The notes under the pieces were generated by a model, which saw only the letters and a program-made list of their open reading frames with translations, was not told where the DNA came from and did not search any database. A stretch of DNA of 64,000 nt from a virus, in IMG/VR virus record IMGVR_UViG_3300025889_017816, positions 1 to 64,000 of that record; one strand, written 5' to 3'. Made by a program: the position numbers and the translations under genes. This document shows, in pieces, positions 28,593-38,600 of the stretch (position 1 is its first letter; each line of letters begins with the position of its first letter).

Positions 28593-30470
28593 TTAGGCGC
28601 CAGCAACTTCTTCAAATGCTACGCCAGTGCGAGTAGCAACGAAGTTAAGTGTAATGAAATTGATTGAACGAGCAGGCTTGATGAAAATGTCAGCTACGAA
28701 TTCGTTTCTGTCAATTACATCACCTGTGTTATTTGTCTCGTCACAAATTACACGGAAGTCGTAAATACCACGACGACCTTTGATGTCACGCAAGAATGGT
28801 TCAACCAAGTTGCGGAACTGTGCTCTTGTGAATGCGTCATTGAACTCAAACAATTGATATTTTGCTGCTAGTGCAATTGCCTTCTCAAGAACAATGAACA
28901 ATCTACGAACGTTGATTCTATCAAATGCTGATGGCTTAGAAAGTAAGGTCTTATCACCGAACAATACTGTGCCTTCACCTGGGAAAGAAACAACTGGGTT
29001 GATTCCTTTCTTATATAGTGTGTCACGATCTGCTTTACTTGGTGACCATGCCAACTTAACTACGTTTCTGATTTGGCCTCTGTTTAAACCACCTGGTGAG
29101 AACCAAGGATCAGCAACTGCGTCTGTACGAGCACATAGACCAGCAATGTCAGCGTTCAATGGAACCCAACGATATTTGTCAGCATATTTGTCGTATTGAT
29201 ATTTCCAGCCTGAATCCATAACAGCATATGATGTACTCTTATTTAAAGCTGTGTGGAAACCAACAACATCTGTTGCTTCAGAACCTGCATTGTTATAAAC
29301 ATCTGCCAATTCAGGTGAAACGAATGCGATACAATCTAATCTTGCTACTGCAATATCAACTACATATGCAGCAACTGTTGAGCTGTGTGGGCCAACAATT
29401 AGTAGGTTTACGTCTACTAACTCAGGATTGGACAATTCATCCCAACCAGTTTGTAAATCAGAATCAGCGGGTGAAGGATTTACACCGCCTGTTAGTGAAA
29501 CTGTTACAGCAGAAGATAATGAAGCAAAGGCAGTACTAGATGCATCAGAACCCCAGTTGGTTCCGTCTGCTGTGTGGTCCATCCACCAAATATATCTAGA
29601 ACCTCTTAGTACTTCTTTATAATAGTTTGAAGCACCTGTATCAGATTTTGCGTCTCTGGCTTTAGAAATATTAGAAAACTTCTCCAAGACTGTACCTTCA
29701 GTGCCTGTGATTAAACCATCTTCATCAATGACGATAATGTGCATTTCGTCATTTGAGCCGCCTATTGAACTAACATAAGATGATACTCCTGGAGCCCCAT
29801 CAAACTGTGCTGCATACTGCCAGTTTGCCTTGACAGCTTCGCCTGATAAAGCAACTGCAGCACCTGCTGCAAGTGTCAGTGATGTTGCTGAAGCAATTGC
29901 AGAAACTGTGCCGACAACTGTACCTGAAGCGTTTGTTAGAATGCTTCCAACAACAAGTTCTGTATCGAAGGCTGTTGTCGAACCCGTAACTGTTGTTCCG
30001 GAAAGTGTTACAGTTGCTGTACCTGTTAGTGTCTGACCCTCGAAAGTTGCTGAGTCAGCCATAGAAACTCTCAATGAGTTTCCTAGTCTTCCTGCATACT
30101 TGGCTGCAAACTCACCAACAGTTGCCTCACCTGCTGCATAGTTTGCGTCCCAATCTGTTTCATTTTTGATTAAGACTGCTGTACCACTTGCAACAGCATT
30201 TTTAGCTACTGATGAAGAAGCACGAACAACCTTTAAATTGTTTGAATAGCTTAAAAAATTTGCTGCAGAAAAGAAGCTAGTAAAAGTAGTTTCATTTGGC
30301 TTACCAAATGTTTTTACTAACTCGACTTCTGAGCTAATAGTGATTGGTTCATTTATAGGACCCCATTGAAAGTCACCAACAAAGCCACCAATAGAGGTTG
30401 CAACTGCCGGAACTACGTTGGTTAGATCCTTTTCAACAACCAATACACCTGGTGATAGTTGAAATGCCAT
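28593..30470 (-). CDS. gp18: Tail sheath protein
   Basis: LSPGV...E.DLT, PWFSP.G..RG, FDRINVRRLF, KPARSINFI.LNF. Confidence 0.98.
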   Translation of the reverse strand: MAFQLSPGVLVVEKDLTNVVPAVATSIGGFVGDFQWGPINEPITISSEVELVKTFGKPNETTFTSFFSAANFLSYSNNLKVVRASSSVAKNAVASGTAVLIKNETDWDANYAAGEATVGEFAAKYAGRLGNSLRVSMADSATFEGQTLTGTATVTLSGTTVTGSTTAFDTELVVGSILTNASGTVVGTVSAIASATSLTLAAGAAVALSGEAVKANWQYAAQFDGAPGVSSYVSSIGGSNDEMHIIVIDEDGLITGTEGTVLEKFSNISKARDAKSDTGASNYYKEVLRGSRYIWWMDHTADGTNWGSDASSTAFASLSSAVTVSLTGGVNPSPADSDLQTGWDELSNPELVDVNLLIVGPHSSTVAAYVVDIAVARLDCIAFVSPELADVYNNAGSEATDVVGFHTALNKSTSYAVMDSGWKYQYDKYADKYRWVPLNADIAGLCARTDAVADPWFSPGGLNRGQIRNVVKLAWSPSKADRDTLYKKGINPVVSFPGEGTVLFGDKTLLSKPSAFDRINVRRLFIVLEKAIALAAKYQLFEFNDAFTRAQFRNLVEPFLRDIKGRRGIYDFRVICDETNNTGDVIDRNEFVADIFIKPARSINFITLNFVATRTGVAFEEVAGA

Positions 30471-30530
30471 GTTATTCTCCTATATATGTTGATTAATCAA
30501 TATATAATTTCAATCCTTTTACCGTTGAAT

Positions 30531-30538
30531 TATTTATA
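30531..30538 (-). promoter_or_regulatory. T4-type late promoter (gp18)
   Basis: TATAAATA; near-palindromic leader at 30481-30506. Confidence 0.8.
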
Positions 30539-30541
30539 CTT

Positions 30542-32182
30542 TTAATAATCTATAACGTCTTTCCAGCGGTAATTTGGATCCGAAGACCATAGAATGTTGT
30601 CCTCCACATAATAATCATCTTCCAAACCATAATCCACAATCCCAAAAGGAGTTAATTCGTCTTCTATTTGCATCATCTGTTGTTGATAGATCCGTTCTCT
30701 TACTTTTACATCGGTTAATTCTTGGAAATATTGATTGGTTGTTAACCACCCAAATAAAACCAAAGTCATTACTAAATCATCATGATACCCTTCATCTGCT
30801 TTGTATGTTCCTGTCTTTTCGATGAAAGTTGAAAATTCATGAATTACATCTGCATCAAAAATTTGTAGTTTTTGCTCTTCTAACAAACTTTTGATTGCAA
30901 AACATCCTTGTCTTTTAACTGACTTGGTTGTTCTAACACCCATGGTTGTATTTTTTGCGAAACCTGGGCTTATATAAGTTTGATTATTTTCTTTTATTGT
31001 ACCTAGAATATTCTCACATTCTAATTCCATGTGAAGAATATCAGCAACTTGTCCTCCAATATCATTTGTTTCAACGAGCAAATATGCGTCATTATAATCT
31101 TTTGCTGTTTTAAAAATAATATTAGGAAACAACATTGGTGCAATTTGATTATTTTTAAACTTACCTACAAGTTTGTAAGGCATTTCAGTAACATCTACTA
31201 TTGTAAAAGCAGAATAATCACCACCAACACCTCTTGCTACGTCAACTGAAATTACATATATCCTATCCTTTTCTGGTTCCTGATATATTTGTAATCCCAT
31301 TTCATTACTGTAAATAGGATCAATACTACTTAGACTACCTAATGTTCTGCCATTAATTAGTGTATTGCTTGATCCTAAAAATTCACACAGAACCTCCTGA
31401 TTATATTTAACTTCACCAAGAGTTTTTAATTGTTCTTCAGCCCAAGTTTCGTCACGACCTGGAATTTCCCAGTAAGGAATAAAATGTGAGATAAAACCAT
31501 TTTTGCCCTTTTCTGCTTCGTTCCAAAATTTCCAAAAATGATTATAACCTAATGGGGTTGAAGTAAGTAGGATCTTTGTGGTTGTACCTGCAGAAATTGT
31601 AGGATAAACAGAAGCAAAGAATTGTTCTGCAACGTTATTGGGAATAATTGCTGCCTCATCAATGTACAGCCAGTTAACAGATTTACCACGAATACCTGAA
31701 GCAGTGGTTGCTGCTGTGAATACTTTACTTCCGTTTTCTAATTCTACGTTACCTTTGTTCCATGTTCGAACACCTTGTTGCATCCAAATAGGTAATTCTT
31801 CATACATGATTTGATAACGATCTAAAACTTCACGAGCAGCTGCGCCTTTGTTTGCAAGAATTGCAACAGTTTTATTATCTTGAAAAAGAGTGTACCATAA
31901 TATACAAGCAGCAGCCGTAACAGTTTTACCTTGCTGACGGCCTTCCATCAACACTACTTTTCTGTTATTTAATATAACTTTAACCTTTTCTTTTTGGCAT
32001 TCGTATAATTTAAACTTTTGCAAACCAGAATCTAGAGTTACAATATAACAATAATTTTCAATAAAATATATTGGGTCTTTTTGACATTTTACAATTTCAC
32101 TAATTTCTTCATTAGTAAATTGATGTTCGTAGCCAACAGGTTTTAAATTAGGATTGCCGTGGTATGAAGTTTCATTATTCAT
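30542..32182 (-). CDS. gp17: Terminase large subunit
   Basis: Y.GNPNLK, RQQGKT, YIDEAA, STPLG.NHF, DVARG, HDDLVM. Confidence 0.98.
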   Translation of the reverse strand: MNNETSYHGNPNLKPVGYEHQFTNEEISEIVKCQKDPIYFIENYCYIVTLDSGLQKFKLYECQKEKVKVILNNRKVVLMEGRQQGKTVTAAACILWYTLFQDNKTVAILANKGAAAREVLDRYQIMYEELPIWMQQGVRTWNKGNVELENGSKVFTAATTASGIRGKSVNWLYIDEAAIIPNNVAEQFFASVYPTISAGTTTKILLTSTPLGYNHFWKFWNEAEKGKNGFISHFIPYWEIPGRDETWAEEQLKTLGEVKYNQEVLCEFLGSSNTLINGRTLGSLSSIDPIYSNEMGLQIYQEPEKDRIYVISVDVARGVGGDYSAFTIVDVTEMPYKLVGKFKNNQIAPMLFPNIIFKTAKDYNDAYLLVETNDIGGQVADILHMELECENILGTIKENNQTYISPGFAKNTTMGVRTTKSVKRQGCFAIKSLLEEQKLQIFDADVIHEFSTFIEKTGTYKADEGYHDDLVMTLVLFGWLTTNQYFQELTDVKVRERIYQQQMMQIEDELTPFGIVDYGLEDDYYVEDNILWSSDPNYRWKDVIDY

Positions 32183-32579
32183 TTTCTATAATCTCAGCTT
32201 CAGGTATTTCTTCCGTAGAAGTTTTTAATGCCTTCAAAAGATCATGTGTGGAACCAACAAAAAGATTATTTTGTGTTTGTATATTCTTTGGTTGGTCTTG
32301 TTCTAATTCTTTCTTTTTCTTTTGTACATCTAACAAATCTTTTGCTACATCTGAAACTGTTTTGATTAATTGACCAGCAACTTCATATGCTCTAGGATGA
32401 TCACTGTTTTTAGCAATATGTAAAATACCGTCTATAGCCTCACTACCTTTATCAATCAAGATATGTAAGGTTTCTCTAGCATGAGCAGCATCATCTTCAA
32501 TTTGCTTCTTTTCAAACTTTTCAACGGTTTGATTTTCAGTTGCAGTCACATTAAATTTTTCATCTAATTCTTCAAACAT
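32175..32579 (-). CDS. gp16: Terminase small subunit
   Basis: HPRAYEVAGQLIK, NNLFVGST.DL. Confidence 0.95.
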   Translation of the reverse strand: MFEELDEKFNVTATENQTVEKFEKKQIEDDAAHARETLHILIDKGSEAIDGILHIAKNSDHPRAYEVAGQLIKTVSDVAKDLLDVQKKKKELEQDQPKNIQTQNNLFVGSTHDLLKALKTSTEEIPEAEIIENE

Positions 32580-32581
32580 AA

Positions 32582-33379
32582 TTAATCTTCACTTGTGAAT
32601 ATTTGATCAAAATCCTGTATATATGAATAGTTATCTGTTGGCAAGGCTGTAGATGGTGATAGATTAGTGGTAATTCTTGTACCAACTGTAGTATCGGGTG
32701 TAGATGTTGCTGTTAATGTAGGGTCATCATATATATTCTGAATAGTTTTCTTAATGAGACCTGCATCACGAACATAACCATAGAAGTTTAATTTAACAGT
32801 AAAGTCTAGGTTCCATATCACACTCAATCTTTTGTCAAAAGCTCCTTCCCACTCATCTTCATAAGAAACATTTTCTAATACAATTTGTAAATCGGTTTTA
32901 ACACCTAAAGAAGGAATTTCATTAACTGTTACATTGAAATCAGGATTAAAATAAGGTAGAATTTGTTCTACGATTTGTAATCCGTCTTCTTGATTTTTTG
33001 CATATGCACTCAAACTTATTCCCATGTTATAAGGCGTTGACACAAAGGAATATACCACTCCGTTGTTGGTAGTGTCTAACGAACGAACAGTTTGGGTAAT
33101 AGCTAATTTTCTTGCTGGGTCATATCTAAAATCAGTAATCTCGAAACCCATTCTTGGTAAAGTTATTTGATAGGTTGCACGACCTGTTTCTAAATTAGGA
33201 GCTTCACGAATACGGTCAATAAATTTTTGCTTTGGCGCATAACTCAAAGGAACCAGAATACTTTGCACAATTTCATCACTAGAATTAGTTCTTCTTATTT
33301 GGATATTATTAAACAATGTTCCAAATGCAATAATAGCTTTTCTAATATGCTGATGATAGAAATGTTGATTCTTAAACAT
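32582..33379 (-). CDS. gp15: Tail sheath stabilizer / terminator
   Basis: FY...IRK...AFGTLFNNI, LPRM.FE, QI.EQILPYF.P. Confidence 0.96.
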   Translation of the reverse strand: MFKNQHFYHQHIRKAIIAFGTLFNNIQIRRTNSSDEIVQSILVPLSYAPKQKFIDRIREAPNLETGRATYQITLPRMGFEITDFRYDPARKLAITQTVRSLDTTNNGVVYSFVSTPYNMGISLSAYAKNQEDGLQIVEQILPYFNPDFNVTVNEIPSLGVKTDLQIVLENVSYEDEWEGAFDKRLSVIWNLDFTVKLNFYGYVRDAGLIKKTIQNIYDDPTLTATSTPDTTVGTRITTNLSPSTALPTDNYSYIQDFDQIFTSED

Positions 33380-34119
33380 TAGTATTCACCGAATGGGTTT
33401 ATTTCTGTGAAATCAAGAATATCCAAACCTTCAGATTCAAAGTCTGCATTGTCAGAGAAAGGTGTTTGAGTTCTTGTATTGTATTTTTCTAGAATAATTG
33501 CTCCTGAAGTTTGATTCAGTAACAAGTCTCCTGTTTCTAACAATACTTGATATTCAAACATATCCATACTCAAGTCGTCTACAGTATCATCAATAGCAGT
33601 AACACCAGTATCCATAATTTCTGAGCTGTACTGATAAAGCTCACATTGCATAGAATAGATATGGAATTTTCCTAATTGATAAAAAGGATCAAGATGCTGA
33701 ACAAATTTAATCTCAAACATACTATTAGTTTTAGGGAAATAAATTAAATCTCCCTCAGCAGGTCTAGATGCAATTTGTAAGACAGGAGTTCCGAAAGCAC
33801 CAACAACATCTTCCCAGCGACGTTTACTTACAACAAAGGTGGCTTGATCGGTAACACTAATACCAAACTTAGTAAATAATTCTCCGTCACCTTCCCATCC
33901 CTGAATATTGGTTAAAAACATTTCTAAGGGATATGCATTATCAAACTGGGATAATACATCCTCTCCAAGAATTTCATCCTGATCAACGGAAGTTCTTGGG
34001 AGATAATAAACATCATGACCATAGATCTTGATGCTCTCTATGATAAGATCTTCAAGTAATCTTTGTTCAGAAGTAGTTCCAGAAGTACTTCCACTTTGGA
34101 AATAAAAATTGGTAGCCAT
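33379..34119 (-). CDS. gp14: Neck protein
   Basis: EQ.L.EDLIIESIK.YG, RP.EGDLIYFP, PFYQLGK, NPFG. Confidence 0.96.
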   Translation of the reverse strand: MATNFYFQSGSTSGTTSEQRLLEDLIIESIKIYGHDVYYLPRTSVDQDEILGEDVLSQFDNAYPLEMFLTNIQGWEGDGELFTKFGISVTDQATFVVSKRRWEDVVGAFGTPVLQIASRPAEGDLIYFPKTNSMFEIKFVQHLDPFYQLGKFHIYSMQCELYQYSSEIMDTGVTAIDDTVDDLSMDMFEYQVLLETGDLLLNQTSGAIILEKYNTRTQTPFSDNADFESEGLDILDFTEINPFGEY

Positions 34120-34120
34120 T

Positions 34121-35089
34121 TTAACCTACCATAAAATCAACGGGAAGCTCGTATCTTAATTGCATTTCCTGTTCGATTTGTGATATTTCTTCATTTGCCT
34201 CATCAAATATTTTTTGACCGTTCATTGTAATTCCCCCAGGGAGTTGCATACCTTCAAATTTCTTAAGGTTGATTCCCCATTGGCGTTTGATAAGAGCAGT
34301 AGAATATCTTTTTAAGAATATATCATCATATATCTCGGTCCATGTTGCGGGATCAAGAACTTTGTAAACTTCAAATATGATGTAATCTCCTGGCTTGAAT
34401 GTTTCTTGCCAATGTACATCTAGATATATTCTGTTTTGTTTTCTGTTGAATCTAATATTTCTATTACCTGCAAACATATCATCTAATAATTGTAGATGCA
34501 TTTTTACCTGATTATAATAGGTTACATCACTAGATAATAAGTTATACATATCGTTCAAACGGAACTGATATACAACGTCGAAAATATTAGTGCCTGCATG
34601 GCTACTACCAATAGTTCCTAATGGAAATGCACGGATAACACCTGTTACAGAATCAGCAACTTCAAAATAACGATCATCCCAATTTTTTTGTACATATGCA
34701 GATGATGCTGCTAGTGTAGCAGTTGTAGCAGATTGGTCTCCGGTAATGGTTTCTCCGTTGGAGAAAGTCCCAGAAACACCTTTTAGTAATAATTTATTTG
34801 ACCCGCTTATTTCATAAACCTTTGCTGTAGCTTCAGAAGTTCCACCTGTGATAGTTTCACCCACAGTAAAATTTGCGGCAACTAAAGTAGCTAAGCTAAC
34901 ATAGGAAGCCTCTATTTGCTCAGAGACATAAACACGCTCAACACCATCAAAATGATATTCTTGCCAAAACTCTAAGGCATCGTCAATTCTATCGCTTACT
35001 TGGTCATCATCAACGTTAATTTCTATAACTGGATGCCCTAAACGACGAAGACAGTAATCTACTAATTCAGTACGGGTTGTAACAGCCAT
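34121..35089 (-). CDS. gp13: Neck protein with inserted beta-domain
   Basis: YCLRRLG.PVIEINV, IKRQWG.NL.KF.G.QLPGG; start ATG 35089. Confidence 0.95.
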   Translation of the reverse strand: MAVTTRTELVDYCLRRLGHPVIEINVDDDQVSDRIDDALEFWQEYHFDGVERVYVSEQIEASYVSLATLVAANFTVGETITGGTSEATAKVYEISGSNKLLLKGVSGTFSNGETITGDQSATTATLAASSAYVQKNWDDRYFEVADSVTGVIRAFPLGTIGSSHAGTNIFDVVYQFRLNDMYNLLSSDVTYYNQVKMHLQLLDDMFAGNRNIRFNRKQNRIYLDVHWQETFKPGDYIIFEVYKVLDPATWTEIYDDIFLKRYSTALIKRQWGINLKKFEGMQLPGGITMNGQKIFDEANEEISQIEQEMQLRYELPVDFMVG

Positions 35090-35100
35090 GTTACCTCGCA

Positions 35101-35156
35101 ATAAAAAGTTAGTTGGTATTACTATTTATAATCTTTAGCAATACCAACTAACTTTT
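35101..35156 (-). terminator. 21-bp hairpin plus U-tract with a late promoter (TATAAATA, 35123-35130) across its loop
   Basis: Arms 35104-35124 and 35136-35156 are complementary with one G-U pair. Confidence 0.75.
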
Positions 35157-35158
35157 AT

Positions 35159-35563
35159 TTAATCTACGAGTATTGGTTGTAGTGCAGCAAGTGCATTAGC
35201 TGCAATTTCTAGACTTTCTGGAAGATCATTCATAGAAAGAGAAACATTACTAACTTCTACCTCAACGTTGAGTAAGTCACGAATTTCTTGATTCAAGGCA
35301 GAAATACTATCTGGATTAATTTGAATGGTGCCTTGAACAGGATTTCCATTAGTATCTACTCCTGGTACCACGTTACCATTCTCATCTCTCACTGCATGAC
35401 GCATACGAGCTTCATCCAAGGTCTTTTGTAAAGACTCAAAAAACGGAGTTAAAGTTGTTTTAGCTGTAAGTATCTTCCACGCAGTTCGTGCTGGAAGTCT
35501 TTCATCACTAAGAAGACTAAGTCCGTTTACAACACCATAAATTTGTTCATTTGTAAGATTCAT
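35159..35563 (-). CDS. Hypothetical protein downstream of tail fibre (possible fibre chaperone)
   Basis: GGAGG RBS; has its own sigma70-type promoter. Confidence 0.55.
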   Translation of the reverse strand: MNLTNEQIYGVVNGLSLLSDERLPARTAWKILTAKTTLTPFFESLQKTLDEARMRHAVRDENGNVVPGVDTNGNPVQGTIQINPDSISALNQEIRDLLNVEVEVSNVSLSMNDLPESLEIAANALAALQPILVD

Positions 35564-35591
35564 TTTTCCTCCATAGTTAAAATCACCTAAT

Positions 35592-35619
35592 AATATAACA
35601 TATTTTTATTATATGTCAA
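35592..35619 (-). promoter_or_regulatory. Sigma70-type promoter
   Basis: TTGACA-16 nt-TATATT with TG. Confidence 0.6.
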
Positions 35620-35622
35620 GCT

Positions 35623-38600
35623 TTATTTATCTAACATTTTTTTAAGTTCTTCAATTTGCTCTTGTTGTTCCTTGATTGCTTCGATCAATACTGGAACCAA
35701 TTTTCCATAATCTAAGGTCAAGTAATTTTCACCTGACTTAGAAACTACATTATCTTCTTCGTCTCTAACCATGTCAAATGGTGCCAATTTAACAATCTCT
35801 GGAGCTACTTTTTGTACATCTTGTGCACTTAAACCTAGTTGTAGTTCTTTGCCTTCGAAACCTAATGATTGTGCTAGTTCATTATTTGTATATCTGAAAG
35901 CCTTTAGAGATTTAACCATATCAAGTGCATTGGTTACATCCTCGACCTTTTCCTTCAATCTTTCATCAGAATAGTAGGCCGTAATTTCACTTGTTGCAAT
36001 AATTTGTCCAGTAACGTGTAATGCTTGTGCGGGAGCTGCATTACCGATACCGACCTTGCCGGTGCTGTCTACTCTGACTCTTTCTACTCCGGCTGTCGTA
36101 ATACCAAGGGTGTCAGCAGCTGGAGCGTATATACCGGTATTTGTATCACCTGTCCAACTAAAGCTAGGTGCTGTCACCGTGTCTGCTGCGTTACCCAAGA
36201 ACTTAGCAAAGTCAACTGTTCCTGAACCTGTTAAGTTGGTCATACCTGTATATGAACCACTGATACGAGCATCTGGAACAGTTCCAGAACTTAAATTACT
36301 TGCATTCAATGAAGATAATGAAGCACCAGATCCACTAAATGTACCTGCAACTAATGTATTAGTACTAGGATTATAGTTAAGACTACTATCTTCATTTAGG
36401 CGCTTGTAACCACCAGCACTATTATCAGTAAATACAATATATCGTGTTGCAGCCGTACCTTCATCGTCCTCGATATATGGTTCAACTGTGATGTTTGCAG
36501 AACCATTGAATGAGACACCATTGATAGTACGAGATGTTTGTAATGTAGTGGCTGTTGATGCGTTACCTGACAATGCTGCTGTCACAGTACCTGCACTGAA
36601 GTTTCCAGAAGCATCACGGAAAACAATTGTACTTGCTGTGTTGGCATTTGTGGCATTAGATGTTACAGTAAAAGTACCGCCTTCGGAACTTACTGAACCA
36701 CTGATACCATTGCCTGATGTTGCACCTGCTCCAACATAGTTACCTGTTGTATCTGTACCTAGTGCCACGGAGTTGGCAGCAATAGTTGCTGTTAATGTAC
36801 CGCTTGCTAAATCAGTTAAAGTAACCGAGCCTGTTAAATCACCACCTAATGTAATTGTTGGGTCTGGCTTACTTAATACGTCAGCCCATTCAATGTTGGC
36901 ATCAACTGTTCCCTTAGTACCCGAAAAAACTTCGCTTGTGTTTGTGGCATCTGGGATGAATGTGAGTTTACCTGAACTATCATCAAATCCAAAGAAACCA
37001 ACTTTAGCTGCAGTCCCATTATGCCAACGGAATTCAACACCTCGATCCTTGTTATCATCTGTACTTGGAGCAGTATCACCACCTAAAGTAATGATTGGGT
37101 CATCAAGTGTTACTGTGGTTGAATTAACAGTTGTAGTTGTGCCGTTAACGGTTAAGTTACCACTCAATGACAAATTGGCAGCATTTACAGTACCTGTAAA
37201 TGTTGGTGATGCTAATGGAGCTTTTGCATTCAATTGTGTCTGAATGTTGCTCGTAACACCATCGGTATAGTTAAGTTCTGTTACTGTAGCTGTAATGCCG
37301 TCTAATGCATTCAACTCTGATGCTGTTGCAGTTAAATCTGTGATGTCAGCAACTGTATGTGTATGACCTGTAGCAGAAATACCAGCCTCTGCAAGGGTGT
37401 TGTTTATCCAAGCACTACCATTCCACTTTAATATCTCACCAGCACTATTAGTTGTAATAGTGGTGTTACTTAATGAATCTAAAGTATGGTTATGGGAAGT
37501 AGCGGAGATACCAGCCTCTGCAAGGGTGTTGTTTATCCAAGCACTACCATTCCACTTTAGAATTTCACCAGCACTATTAGTTGTAATAGTGGTGTTACTT
37601 AATGAATCTAAAGTATGGTTATGGGAAGTACTTGACTTACCATCTAACTGAGTTTGAATGTTGCTTGTAACACCATCAGTATAGTTAAGTTCTGCTGCTG
37701 TTGCAGTTAAATCTGTGATGTCAGCAACTGTATGTGTATGACCTGTAGCAGAAATACCAGCTTCAGCTAATGTGTTGTTTATCCAAGCACTACCATTCCA
37801 CTTTAGAATTTCACCAGCACTATTAGTTGTAATAGTGGTGTTACTTAGACCATCAAGAGTATGGTTATGGGAAGTACTTGACTTGCCATCTAACTGAGTT
37901 TGAATGGCAGAAGTAACACCGTCAACATAGTTGAGTTCTGTTACTGTAGCAGTAATGCCATCTAAAGTATTAAGTTCAGTAGCAGTAGCAGTTAAATCTG
38001 TGATGTCAGCAACTGTATGTGTATGACCTGTAGCGGAGATACCAGCTTCAGCTAATGTGTTGTTTATCCAAGCAGTACCGTTCCACTTTAATATCTCACC
38101 AGCACTATTAGTTGTAATAGTGGTGTTACTTAATGAATCTAAAGTATGGTTATGGGAAGTACTTGACTTACCATCTAACTGAGTTTGAATGGCAGAAGTA
38201 ACGCCGTCGGTATAATTAAGTTCTGTTACTGTAGCTGTGATACCATCCAAAACATTGAGTTCTGAAACTGTGGCAGTTAAGTCTGTTAATGTTGTGGCTG
38301 TTGAAGCATTACCACTTAGTGCTGCTGTGATTGTGCCTGCGGCAAAATTACCGGAAGCATCACGAGCAACGATGGCTGATGCTGTATTTGCATCAGTAGC
38401 AGTTGTGGCGGAATTACTTACCTTGCCTGCTGTAGAAATTGTTGACAATTTACTGTCAGCAATTGAACCAGCTAACATTGCATTAGTTACTGTGCCTGTA
38501 TCAGTGGTATAAACACCGTTAGTTACGGTGCCAGCATTGCCTGAAACATCACCAGTTACGTCACCTGTTAAGTCACCTGTAATTGTGCCTGTAGTGGTGA

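Noticed and set aside
37250-38290. CRISPR-like array
   Set aside because: The repeats are long, in-frame coding modules without unique spacers
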